This document shows, piece after piece, positions 22,735 through 35,716 of a DNA stretch of 64,000 nt. This stretch comes from Yuukianura sp. NJ FZ-2021. Its lineage: Eukaryota. The notes beneath the pieces are model-generated. The model was not told the origin of the DNA, ran no database searches, and saw only the letters and a list, made by a program, of their open reading frames with translations. Position 1 is the first letter of the stretch; every line of letters starts with the position of its first letter. The DNA lies in assembly GCA_046563655.1 (NCBI GenBank), contig CM102288.1, forward strand, positions 5,332,001-5,396,000. Reading direction: 5' to 3'. Both the position numbers and the translations under genes were made by a program.

Positions 22735-25036
22735 TTAGCGAGGTTTGACTGACAGAAACAGTTTTCCACCGTCAGGTTTGAAACCGGAAGTTTTCGAATA
22801 CTTCATGGGAATTGGCGTTTTTGCGGTTGGTTCAAGCTGGAAGTTCAAAATTAAGTGTGCAATTGCAGCCTTTGCTTCTGCAAGAGCAAACCTCATGGCG
22901 ATGCAGTTTCTAGGTCCAACACCTAAAATTTTAAACGACAAAACTAACATTAGACTAAAAGTTTTTGATTTTTTTTTAAAACTGAATTTTTGTTTCGAAA
23001 TTTGAATTTTTTGAATGAACTATACCAAATGGCATGTAGGCGTAAGGATTTCGAGCGGCCTTGGCTTCCGCAGAAAATCTTTCCGGGTCAAATTTTTCTG
23101 GGTCAGGATAGTATTCTAAAAAAACAAAATTTAATTAAATTAAAACGTTAATTAATCTAAAAATTCAAGTAAAAGTTAGCTCAAATGTTTGGAAAACTAT
23201 GAACTACCTTATAATTACATTGTCAATTACTGTAATTACTGTAATTACATAATTATAATTACCCGAATCATGATGAATTCCGTAAACTTGGGCTACTACA
23301 GCAACTCCCTTGTCCACAACGACGTCTGAGTTTGGTAGTTTGTAAGGTCGTGCAGTAATCCGTTCTGTTCGGACTCCTGGCGGATACTTGCGCAGTACTT
23401 CTGAAACGACTTTGTCCAAATACTCAATTTGCATAATCAAATCATGATCCAATTTCCCACCGTTGGATTCACTCGCATCACGAATCTCTTCGTACAACTT
23501 CGTCTGAATTTCAGGATGAACTGCTAATTCATACGAAGCAAAAAGCAGTACAGTCTCGACCGTGTCAAATCCAGCAAAGAAAAACAACAAACTTTGGGAC
23601 AAAATAAGATCTTCAGTTAGTTTCACTTTGTTGCTTGATTTTGCGAGTTCTTCCGAAACCATTTCGTCAATTTCCGTCTCTTCTTTGGCTTGTTGATTCT
23701 TCGCTTCAATCATCAACTGCAAAAAGTCATCTCGAATTTCCCCAGTTGCCTCGCGGTGTTTGATTGCTTTTCGAGTAACTTCGGCAAAAAACGTTGTAGA
23801 CTTTTTGTCGCTCACAGAAACTCCAAAATAAGCAAACACTTTGGGAAATAGGAGCATAGCGAACAAAAGGAATATGCGTGGAATTGAAACTGTCTGAAGC
23901 CGTTTGGCCATTTTACAAAACTCGGAGTCCGTTTCTCCAAAATTTTGACTGTCCAATCCAAATGCAGCGGAAGAAATGACATCCAAGGTGTAGCGTGTGA
24001 AAATGTCACGCACTTCTAGTTCTGTTTCCCCTTTCTCAACTTTGTTCTTAATAAATTCCGCCATTTTGTTGGAAGATGAACCGAAAACGTCAAACATTCT
24101 ACGAATTTTCCCAGTAGTGAAAGTTGGACTCATGCTTGACCTAGAAAAAATAAAAACTTTATTAAGGAAGTTGGCTCAAGGTTCCTTGACAACGAAAAGT
24201 TAATTTTGTTTAACAGGTTGGGTATTATCTCGCTTGTTGACAAAAAAAACGGGGAGAAGCAATTTTAGTACCAATCCAAAAAAAAATTGATACCAATTCG
24301 TATGCAAAATTAAAAAAAAAAATTGCTTTATTGGTATGACTATGATGCCTTGAAGTAAAAATGGAAAACTCTTGGCAAAATCGAAAAAACATGAGGTATT
24401 ATCCAACCTGTTAAGGAAAGGTACCAAATCAACAAGCCTTGGAATCGCCTAGCTCAAGGTCACGAGGTCAAAGCTTACAGAGTTCAACTATCCCTACCTA
24501 TTGCTAAAGTTACTAAAAATTGCATTACCTCATATCTTTCCATTCTTGATCTTTGAGGTTGATCAACATTTTGTGAAAAAGTGGATCCGATTTGGAGAAA
24601 TCAAAAAGTTGTCTCCGATTCACAAAGTAGTCAAAATCCTTTACCTTTGCGGTGAAAAAACAAAAGTAAATTAGAAATTTTCAAAAGTTTCGTTTTTCAA
24701 AAAAAAATTTTTTCATTATTTTTTTTTTGTCTAATTTACCATGACGTGCTTGATCATGTCCAAATCCATAATGTAGAGACTTGGACTTCTGAATTCAATG
24801 ACCCCGGCATACGGAAGACCCGTTCGTTTCAATTCATCGTACATCAGTCGTTCAATAATGTGAAACGGATTTTTGAATGTAAGGCGATCATACAATGACA
24901 TGACCGTTGAGTGTTCCAGGAAAAAGATTCCTCGAGATGGCCAGTATTTCCTGTCTCCACCGGAGTACTGCCATAAGGCATACACTGCCCCACCGAGCAG
25001 AGCCACCACAATTAGAACCCACCAGACCCACCACAT
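22735..25036 (-). CDS. Cytochrome P450, CYP3 clan (CYP6/CYP9-like), 5 exons
   Basis: Exons 25036-24740, 24644-24529, 24140-23263, 23115-23026, 22922-22735 splice in frame. N-terminal anchor, [11 protein letters not shown]-helix [14 protein letters not shown]-helix AGFDT, K-helix [13 protein letters not shown] and heme motif [10 protein letters not shown]. Confidence 0.95.
24177..24441. mobile_element. MITE-like element (copy 2) in P450 intron 2
   Basis: CAAGGTTCCTTGACAAC...TTAACAGGTTGGGTATTATCTC at one end and GAGGTATTATCCAACCTGTTAA...AACAAGCCTTG at the other. The interior motif ATTCGTATGCAAAATT is shared with the copy at 35477. Confidence 0.75.
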
Positions 25037-27681
25037 TTTCTTTTTTGCTGTTTACTGTACAGTGGTCAAATAGAAACTGGGATTTATATTTTACGTTCTA
25101 ACGGTTAGGTTTGGTTTCTGCCTCTTTTCGTTTTTTTGCTCAATTGAGTCACTATACGTGTTAGATTTTCGTCCTCCTCAACAAATCCATACGTAGATAA
25201 CCTTGAGTTTTATTTTTGTGTTAAAGTTTTTTATGAAGTTATGCTTTTAGAGTGGACTGGAACCACAGAATATTGACCAAAAAAGTTCACATGCAATTAA
25301 CATTGTGTGTTGAGTCAGACGCTTGTCAAGTTCTGGAAGATGATAATCTGGCTTTAGCGTCCTGCCAATACATTGTTCTGGAAAACACTTCAATTCAAAT
25401 CGTTCTTTTGCGAAAAATTATCACTTTATGCAATTATATGATAAAACTGCTAATAACTTTGTTCTTTCTAAAATATAGTTTCTACAGACTGAACTTATAA
25501 GAAGGCAGTAAGAGGGTCTGACAAACGCCGTGCATTCAAAAATCTAAAAACGTCAAACCTTTTTGACGCTAAAATTGAAGTAGTTGTGGTATTGGATTTA
25601 TGTTTAGTTAATTAGTTAATTACTTATTAGTTTGGTTTGTATTCTTAGCCAACTGAAAGTAATCGAATGAACTATGACTATTGTGACTATATGACATGCG
25701 ATTATTAGCAACGTCTGAGTTAACATATATTTCGATATATTCTGAAAACGACTTTATAATTTGATTTATAAAACGACTTTTTTTTTGGTTTTATATTTAA
25801 AAACAAATGAAAATGGTTTCAAGTTTTCTACGAAGACCCAAGGTTGTTGGAAATAAGGATTATTGGAGAAGTAAATAAAACGGAGAAGTCTGCTGTGTGT
25901 CCTCCACTTCAAGTGGGATTTGACTTTTCGGAAGTTCTTTTTCAAAAGACAGAAAGCAAGTAGCAGGATGAAGAAGGAAAATAACCATAATCCCCACGAC
26001 CTCTTACTTTCACTTGCTTTTTAGAAGAAAGAAGAAATGAGGTCAGAGGGGTCATGGAAACTATTATAGTGACATTTGTCTTCATTTCCTGCTGTCTCGA
26101 ACTCACGAGAGGTCACAGACAAAAGTGACAATGATGGAAACCTTGTCAAAAATATACTTTCTCTACATGCTTTCACTTTTTTTAAACGGATCGTAAGAAT
26201 GGTCTTAGGAACTACTCATCTGCGTCACATATTATGTGCTGAAGTGTATCTACAGAACGCTTTTTCGGAAAATTTGGAATTTTGGAAAATTCGACACAAC
26301 GTGTTCGTAGTTTTTTGTCAAATTCGCCAAATTTTTGTTGTTGCTCTTTCGAAAATTAGGTTTTCTAGTAACTAAAAAGCCTATCATACTTCATCATGAC
26401 TCGAAATCTGAAATGAACACGCATCACATTAGTTACATACAAAATTCAGCTTCTTGCAGAATTTGTCAGCGTGACAGGATGTGAACAGAAGATGACACTT
26501 TTTCTCTTCTTTTTCTCCAGTTATGTTGAAACCTAAGCTAAAGTTGAACCTTATGCACTGACACTGCCAGCCATACTTCCAATGACACTTCCATGTCTGC
26601 CCAAACACGAAAAAAGTAGTCGAAGAAAACACATTCCACCAACTTGCAACATTTACATAAAAAATAAACTTCAAAGTTTCCCTCTTACACACATTAAGTC
26701 CAAAGGGAAATGCCACTTTCCAAACGTACTTTTTAAACAGAAAGCATATGCTGCTACCACTGCTGTGATCGCAAAACTTTTACATTTCAAAATTTGAACA
26801 AATTTTTTAAGTTGTAAAATTTTACAATTCCTACTTTACTACCAATAGAATTCCACAATATACGTGTAACTACTTTTCAAAATATTGGTTCATTTTTTGA
26901 CCCAAATTCAAGAATCGGATTTTATATTTTTTTAATAAAAAAAAATATAAATTCTTCTGTTCTAATAAAAAATGTGTTCTAAAAAGCAAACATTTTTTGA
27001 ATTTCGTGTGCACTTGAGCGAGTGTTATCCTGACTGACAAAATATTAAAGTCTTTTGAGGGATCACCTTTTCCCATCAGGTTCTTAAGCTTCTTTTTTCA
27101 AGAAAGCGTGCTTTTTTATAACTATTTTTTTAAATGGCGTTTTCCTTTCAAAAAATGGAGTTTTCCTTTCAAAAATGAAGTTTTGGTGCCAGCGGGAAGA
27201 GAAAGCGCCTGGAGAAAGCATTTCCCACTTTCCAATCCCCCATCATCTCCCAGGTTCTCCTGACGACAAGTGAAGAGGGATGATGATTATGGTGTGCCAT
27301 TAGCTTTTCACTAGGATTTTAATGGCTTTTTCCGTAGGTTACAAAGGAAGATCCTGTAAGTAGGGCAGGGACAAGAATTTCAACGCAAATCCTGTCCCCT
27401 GGCTATCTCCATCCAAATTCCATGTTTTCTTCAACAACCGGCATTACTTCAACTGTGCAGAGCTTCTTTTTTAAAAAAGGGATTCCGAGGAAGAAAGTGT
27501 TTCAAATGACAATAGTAATAACCTTCTGGGTTTAGTGGAAATTCATAGTACAATGGGAAATGTGCAAGAAAGAGCTGCACGTTTCTGTGAATTTTCGTAC
27601 TTTGCGTAAAAAATGGACTTTGAATTTAAAAAAATCCATTTCTTCTTTCAAAAGTTCGCTCTGTATAAAAATTCCAAACAG

Positions 27682-27795
27682 TATAAACACTTCCGATCAC
27701 TGTAAACGATTCCGATCAGTATAAACACTTCCGATCACTGTAAACAATTCCGATCAGTGTAGACACTTTCGATCAACAATTCCGATCAGTGTAAC
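27682..27795. repeat. 19-bp minisatellite with alternating A/B units (38-bp higher-order repeat)
   Basis: TATAAACACTTCCGATCAC and TGTAAACRATTCCGATCAG alternate for about 6 units. Confidence 0.85.
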
Positions 27796-30700
27796 GAACT
27801 CTCTGATCAAATTCACTCTGCTTGAAAATTCTGCAGCGTGTAAAACTTCTCAAAAATTTCTTGTTACATGTAAACAAAAGTTAAGAATCCTTTAAAACTT
27901 TTTCAAAACAGAAGCATGATGCAACATTTGCGTTTAAAAGTTTTGATCGAATTTGTGAAATTTTGCAGTGAAACTTGAAAAATTTGGTTAATGCTAAATT
28001 TAGCAAAGCAAAAAAAAAGTGATCAACCGTAAAGGCATCCACCCTTAGCGGCTTCTGTATAAAATTTTGTTTTGTATAATAGCATCACCTAAAAGTTAAA
28101 AGTCTCTAAAACTTGTTCTAAAGTGAAGGGAATGCAACTTTATGGGTTTCAAAACTCTTTTAAACAGGCAATTTTGCAGTGAAAGCTTAGAAGCTAGGGT
28201 AGTAGGTTGACAGAAACCTGAAAAAGTAAAAATGTGTCACGCTCATGCGCTGAGAGTGTCAATGCGTTATCGACTCCTAGAGTCTCTGCATGGTGCCAAT
28301 TCGTCAAGATTAGGGTTTTGGCTTGAAAGTGAAAGCTGGTAAGATTTCTTTTCGAGTGACAGAGTTCTCCAGAGCCTCCAGGCACTTCCTGAAGTGGGCT
28401 ATACATCAATCCAACAGTGTCCAAGTCCAGGAAGTGTCTAAAAAGTTCAATTTCAACAAGATCACAGTGTGATCAAGAGAAACTAGCCTGGAGGATGTAC
28501 AGACAAGCCAATTGAGCCCAATTCATCAACATTTTCTTCTTAGAAGGCAAACAGTGACAAGCCAACCCTTAACCTAAACGAACAACGTAAAAACTCAGAC
28601 AGAGAAACGTCAGTTTCTGCTGCTGCGATTCACTTGACCTCTCTTAAGGTCACTTCTCATCAACGTCTTCATGACTCAACGTCTAACCTAACTCCCAGAA
28701 CCAAGCGGATCCTCAGAAATAAAGCAGAGTCAGTTGTCTAAGAAGATTTCTAGAATTTTAGGATCTAGGTGTTGGATTGTGGATTTCAGTTTCTGGATTG
28801 TGGATTCCAGTTTCTGGATTGTGGATTATGGAACGAGAGAGGCTGACCCTGCTTTGTTCTGTGGCCATTGTTCTTAGTTAACTTCATTGGGGAAAAGGCG
28901 TGCCTAGAGCCATGGTCCACAAGAGAAAGTCCAAGTTGCTTTCCGTCTCTATGATAAATTGCTTTCCTTTTCCTCCAGGAGAAAGTCCGTTCAAAGTTAA
29001 AAACACTTATCCACATATACTTATAAAACTATACACACACGCAGTCTATATTTGCACACATGTATGCATAGGTTGGTTGCATTTGTAGCAGAAGAATAAA
29101 AAGCGGAAGGATTTGAAGCTCGAGAGCACAGGCACAAGGAAAGCGAGTACTGGAATTCCCTTTTTATCTCTTAATTCATTACTTTCCCCTGCTCATAAAT
29201 TTCACAAAATACTAAATTCTCTTTACTTCAACTTTCGAATTAAAAACTACCTCAATTTTTTTCAACTCAAGTGTTTTACTAATAAGTTCTTATTTATAAT
29301 AAACACTTTCACTCTATTCTACTAAGGTTAATTAATTTAGTTTAACGTAGGCTTACAAAAGAAGCTTTCAAAAAATCATGAAAAGTGCACTTCAAAGAAC
29401 AAAAAATGGAGAACGAAAAAAAAAATTTACCAAACCTAGGATTTAACACAAAATTTCAAAAAACGAAACTTATATAGTACATTTAGATTACAAACAAAAA
29501 ATGTTTTCAAAATTTCGCTGTTTGTTGGTTTTGTTTCGCATTAAATTTCGCGTTTCACATTTCATTTCACATTTATAAAAACAGTTTTAATTCGTGTTTT
29601 ATTTTGCAATTTAGTATTAAAGTTTCAATTAATCTTCTGCCAGTTTTATCTTTAATTGAATTTCGTCCTATCCAAACCGTATTCCGAATAAAGATGATAA
29701 ATTACCTCATCAACACTGAGAATTTAGCATCACAATTTATGCAACAAAACAGACCAAGGATTGTGATTGATTGAGCGAATAGCATTCGTCTGATCAGAGT
29801 AGCGAACATTCCTGAATTACATTACACCTTTTAGCATACTTTTAGCATACGCTACAAATCATCGCCTAAGTCTCTAAACAGGTTTAGATATTGTAAGGTT
29901 AAGTTGTTCGTTTTTAATATGATTAAAACCAAATGGTGTAAATGAGTTGTGCAAAGTGGATTTCTGCATTTGAGAAATCCTCTTTTTTGTGTCATTTTGG
30001 ACCGCGTGAAAGTGTTTTGATGATGAATGAGTTTGCACAGAAGCAAAGTGAAAGCCGGGTTTTGAAACTTTTGCTAGCTAGGCGCCCAAAACCTGAAATT
30101 TGGAGTTCCATTTGTTTTGGAATATGAAAGGAAACGGTAGCAGAGAGGGATGAGATGCGTTATGTGAAAGTGGATTCGGAAAAGTTTTGTTGTCTCTCCT
30201 GATGATAGTAATCATGATTAATATTTTGGAAATGGAGATTTGAGTCGACGTGGGCTTTTTGGAAAAAGGGATTTTGGTGAAACGAAAATGCAAAATTCAT
30301 TCAGAGCCTAATGCCTTTCCTTCCATCCCATCCAATGGAATCATAATTTGTCAATGATCGAGTCAATTAATTACAATGGGTTTGACAGGACGAAGGCTTG
30401 TCCTCACCACAATGCTTTCTCCTCGTTAGTTAGGTTTTTGGAAAATACCATTAGGTTTACATTAGGTTTTTGGGAGTTTGGGGTGTTAGATTGTTAGCTA
30501 CAGGCGGAGGGAATTAGGAACTGATTGGATTGGTTTGTGGTACCATTAGGTTGGAGGGGGGTGGGGGGAAGTGGGGGATGGGGGTGCGGAGCTTAGTTGT
30601 ATCCTGATGACATGATGATGATAGGATTCTCATGTGTGAGAGGCTTGTTCGTTTTAGTATGAAGATTAGTATGCGTAATATCCCTTTTCCTTTGTTTACA

Positions 30701-30837
30701 ACCATACACATAACTTTTCAGGAGCCTTGACTTAATATAAATCAATTATGACACATTATACTATGTTTATATTTTACAAAATTTATAGTTTTTATCATTG
30801 TTTGGGCTAGTAAGCCGGGAAAACTCGTTTGGAAACA

Positions 30838-30910
30838 GTACGGGCGCAGGAATCGAACCCGCGGCGGTTCAATGTCAGATACTAGCTCTGACCGCTCAAC
30901 CATCGAGCGG
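30838..30910 (-). mobile_element. tRNA-derived SINE head or tRNA pseudogene
   Basis: The minus strand has an A-box TGGTTGAGCGG and a T-arm GCGGG-TTCGATT-CCTGC with B-box GGTTCGATTCC at tRNA-like spacing, but the acceptor and anticodon stems do not pair. Confidence 0.6.
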
Positions 30911-33900
30911 TGAACTACTAAGCATTCCAACTTCCAATGAAAATTATTACAGGACTTTTAGCTGCTAAAATGCAAAAAGCGGAGTAAAAGTAGAAAAAGT
31001 GACCGCGGGAATTTTTTTTTTGTCGCGCGAGTAATGAAAATAATTTCGACGAAAAACTTACTGCATGGCACGAAATTGAATTTTAGTTTTTTTTTGTACA
31101 AAGGAAACTGCGAAACATGATGCATAAAATCTTCTGAACATTTTTTCTCTCTTTTACATTTTTTTCTTCAATCTCCCTTCTTTTGCGTAACATGATTTCA
31201 ATTGAAAAAAGTACAAAGGGACTCTGGAATTTTAGCATTTTGCAAACCAAGAAAAAAATTCTCTTTTTTTTCAAATAAGAAATAAAGTCCTTTGCGAATT
31301 TGAAGCCACGCTGCTCTGAAGTTGCCTTAAATGCAAAGCGTATTCTTCTTTTCTCTTATTTTACTGCACGTACTTACATGTACCAAAGCAAGCTGCAGCT
31401 CAACTCCCATTTTGCACATAAAAATCCAGTGTAAGGAGAGACGAAAGAAAGTCTCGTCCTCTTTCTTTCATTTATTCCTTCCAAAAACGCACGGGTTCGA
31501 GCCCCACAGCCTTCCCTCAGAAAAAAAAAGTTTCCTGGTTTTCCCTTTGGATTTTCCAAGTTTAGTCTTTCCTTTCAGTTGAGCAGCTCCGACAGCAGCC
31601 TCTGCGACGCAAGTCCTCAAAGGCTCCTGATCTGCTCTAAGCTGCACCAGCATCGCTGCAGAAAGTGCTGCTTTCACTCCAGTCCTCTCCAGCTTCAGCT
31701 CCACGAAGGAACACTTTGCTTTTGTTCTGCTCAAACCCCAAGTGACTTCTCCAAATAGCCATTAACTCACCACCACCAATGTGAAAACTCTCTGCACGTT
31801 CAGTTTTCACTTTCGATTTTTCCCGCCAAAAGTGAAATCTTAGAGAGAGTGAAATTTACAGGGAAGTGTGCAGGAAAAGTTAAGAGAGAAGGGTTTAAAT
31901 TGAGAAGAAAGATGCAGACGTGCGTTTCAAGTGGAATTGAACTCAAACGTGGTGCTCAGTGTCGCGAAACGGTTTTGTTAGACTAACTTTTTAGTACGTT
32001 GTTTTTTAAGGTTAGTGAAACTGTTTGTGAATTGCCTGACTTAAAAACTTAACTTAATCCTAACACAATGGAAATTCTGTGCAGTTCGAATTGAAAACTT
32101 TCTGTCGTGTCACAAAGTAGAGTTCCATTTCGATGAGAGACACTTGAATGGAGGCTTGCGAAGAGCCACTTTCTCCACTCAACTTTCACTTTAGTTGTAA
32201 AATGGAACTTGGTTTATGCAGTTAGGCTAACGTAACCTAACATAAGAGTTCCTGAAACTGTTGAACTACAAATTTTGAATGACGGGATTCACGTGACACG
32301 TTTTCTCTCTTTCGAATTTTCTAAAGAAAAGTTTCAAAGGAAATCTGAAAGTGAAAAAGTGCATATTTTATAAATTTGGATCACTCACAACTCGACGTAA
32401 GTCGGCCAATTTTTGCTGGATTTTTTTTTACAAATGTTTTATAGAAAACTTTTACTTCTATATACTTTCAGTTTTACGGGAAAAAAAGTTAGTGGATGAA
32501 CTTTACCTCGTGAAGCGATGAGTAAATTTGTGCAGTAAATTTGAGATTAGGTTAAGGTAGACTAGCCTAACCTGATTCTAGGCTCTAACATAATAACCTA
32601 ACTAATTATTAATGGTAGGTTTTCGTCATATGGTTTACGTCGTGCAGTGCCTTCCCTTCAGGGTATAGCCTACATAATCCTCTCCCGAAACAAGAAACCG
32701 CCAAAAAACTTTGTTCTTTCAAAATTTCTATTCAGAGATGAAACTCTTTTCGTCGGATGAGAAACAAAGTCTTAACTTTTGGCGCTTTTCGCTCCCTTCA
32801 TTTTCTTCTTCTACCTTGAGAAAGTTTTTCCTCAATTTTTTGAAAAAATTAAATTTCCTGAAATAATTTTTTTTTTAAATTAAGCTTAGTTAGCCTTTCT
32901 TCCAAAACCGAGATCGTCCACAATCGTCCACTCTTGAAAACCGGGAAAGGCTTAATTTAACTAAACTCTTCAAAAAAAACTGAACAATTTTGTAACTATG
33001 ACTGTTGAACTGTAAAAGTAAATGAGGAAAAGTATCTCTTGTGAGACTTCTTCTTCAAAGATTTTTTGAAAAAGTAACGAAGCGAAAGCAAAGAAAGCTG
33101 TGGGTTTTTGAAAAATTTTGCCGAATACAATGACGTGACAAAGAATTAAATGTAGCAAAATTTGTCAACAGAAAAGCGACACGAAAAGAAGCAGCGAAAA
33201 AGTGAAACTTGCAGAGTTGACAGAGTTGACAAGAACCTCATGCAAGTTGGATTTCACGTAACAAAGAGAATGTAGCCTCAGAATTCCAAATGGAAGTTAC
33301 GCTAACAAACCGAAGTTAGGTTAGACTGAAAGAAGTGTTGCTTTCTTGAAATTCCCGCTTTCAACTTAACTTAACTGCAGAAGGAAACCAAACATCCCAG
33401 GATTGTAAAAGTGGATGGATGAAGATGAATATTTAATTCACAAAGAAAGCCATTCTGTCCGTTCCCGTGCTGAGTTCAGAACGACCCACTCTCAACCCAG
33501 CAGCTATGTTCTTAACTCATTGAAATCTCCACAAACACTTTCACTTACCCACTTAAACCTTCCAGCCTAACCTAACATAACCATAGTCTAACCTAAGAAA
33601 GTAGAATTGGGACTTACTTACAACGATACTCTTCTGTCACTTAGCCTAATTCTACACTTTCCTTTTAAAACAACGCTAACTTCATTATTCACATTTTCTA
33701 CTCGAGAGAAAGTCAACTGGGACCACTCTAACGTCGTTTCACCTCTTAGCTTCATGGAAAATGATAATTGAATGCTGTCGTTTCGTCTCCAAACGACACA
33801 AGTCAACTCTAGTTCTCTAGTGTTTTCAAATTTCAAAAAAATTCTAAGGTTCAGATTTTAATTTTTTCTTTAAATAAAAAAAACTTTTTAAATAATTTCA

Positions 33901-35476
33901 CAGCATGGACGCTTTTCTGAGCAAAAACCTTTTAAAGCAAAATAGAGTGAATTATAATGAAAAACGCAAAAAGCTTTTTTTTTTAAAAAAAAATATGAAA
34001 AAGTCTATTAACAATTTATGAGCACTTTTGAGAGTGTAAAATCTTTCTAGATTTAAAGCTGTAATGTTTAAAATTAGAACAAGCGAGTTATTATGAAAAG
34101 TCGAACTTTGTTTAAACTAAAAAAAGAATGTCTGATCAAAACTTGTTTAAAAAATCATGTTTCTTCTGCGACATTTTTGCAGTGTTTTTCGTGTTCCAGT
34201 ATAGTTACATTGAGATGAAAGGAATTTTGTGTGTCTATTCTGGGACATTGGAATTGCATGGGATTTGGAAATTTCGAAATTCTGGAGGTTGATTCATTTC
34301 GGTTGGAGAAAGTGTATTTGAGCTTCCAAGAAAAAAAGATCGGAAAGGAAAAACTTTTTGTTGATGAGAGTTGAAGAATTTTGTAGGCGAGGCAGGCGTC
34401 CGCCTTCAATCAAATTATATTTTATTGTACAACTTTCTTTCTCTTTACGAAGAGAAAGTAAAAGAAAGTGAGGTAAAGAGGAAACATTTTTTGTAGTGAC
34501 TGTGGAGACTGACTGCAAGTCTTCTGGATTTGTGGACCATCAAGTCTTAGGCCCATTTCAAATTTACATTTCATAAAAAAGAGAAAGTTGCGTAGAAGGA
34601 CCAAGCTCAAGTCAGTGGCATCAAAATTTGTTCAGTTCAATCATAAAAATTGTCCTATGTAAGGCTTCATATGAAAAGAAGATTATAGTCTTCCTTTGAA
34701 CATAAAAAAAAAACACGTTTGTGTGGAAACGTCGCTCCCTTTCATGTTTCAAATTTTTAAACCAAAACGGGAAATATTCAATTTCCGCTTTACAACTTTT
34801 AATTTTGAAAGGCAGTATGATCTTTTCTTTTAGAAGGAGAAAGCAAGGATATTTTTTTTTTTTACATTTTCACTTAAACTTTTCACAGTTTAGAAGAAAA
34901 TTTGCACTTCAAATTTGGGAGAAGAATTTTCAACACTAAAAGTCGGTGCTCCACTTTTGATTTTTAATGAGGTGTTCTGATAAAAAAAAAACAAGGTTGT
35001 GATTCAGTTTAGGTTGACTTTACATATTTGAAACTTTTGAACTTTGGAGAAAAAAAAGTGACTTCAAATGGTTTTATTTTTCTCGCACCAAATAATGAAA
35101 GTGTTTTCGCAAAATCATATGGTGAAAATGATATCATTTTTGGGTGAAGAAAGAACTTTGTTAGGGTTTTGTTTTGAAGTACAAAGGAAGTTGAGTTTGC
35201 TTTTGCGTCCTCGTGGGGCTCGTGGGGCTTTGGTTAGGTGGGACTCGTGGGATCTAATCTAATCTTTCCTTTCTCTTTCTTCCCCGCCCGTGTAATGCCA
35301 TCATCATTAGAATCTTACCTCTGTTGGACCCCTCCAGGAAAACTACAATGGAGTTTCACAGTTCCACTATCACTTTCTTTTCTTCTCACTTTCTCAGTTT
35401 AGCCACGATCCCAAGAGTGAATGCCTCGAATATGAATTTTTGGCGGGAAGAATGCTAGGGAAGAGATGGTGGCTAC

Positions 35477-35716
35477 CAAGGTTCCTTGGCAACAAGAAAT
35501 GAATTTTCTTTAACAGGTGGAGTACTACCTCACCTGTTAACAAAAAAAATGGTACTAATTCAATAAAGTGGTACCAAATTCGTATGCAAAATTTAAAAAG
35601 TTCGGCTGAATTTTTATGACTACGATACCATGAAATGAAACATACTCTTTTTTTTGCAGAACCGAAGAAATAAGGTATTACTCAACCTGCAAAAAAATCA
35701 AAGTCACCAAACCTTG
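35477..35716. mobile_element. MITE-like element (copy 3)
   Basis: CAAGGTTCCTTGGCAAC...TTAACAGGTGG at the start and AAGGTATTACTCAACCTG...AAACCTTG at the end. Colinear with 24177-24441. Confidence 0.75.

Noticed and set aside
27682..27795. Regularly spaced repeats resembling a CRISPR array
   Set aside because: The units are contiguous with no unique spacers, there are no cas genes, and the context is eukaryotic. It is a minisatellite.
28775..28826. 21-bp tandem repeat (about 2.5 copies), and a 31-bp duplication at 14314-14375
   Set aside because: Ordinary local slippage duplications with no further structure.
30838..30910. Functional tRNA gene
   Set aside because: The T-arm is good but the acceptor and anticodon stems do not pair.
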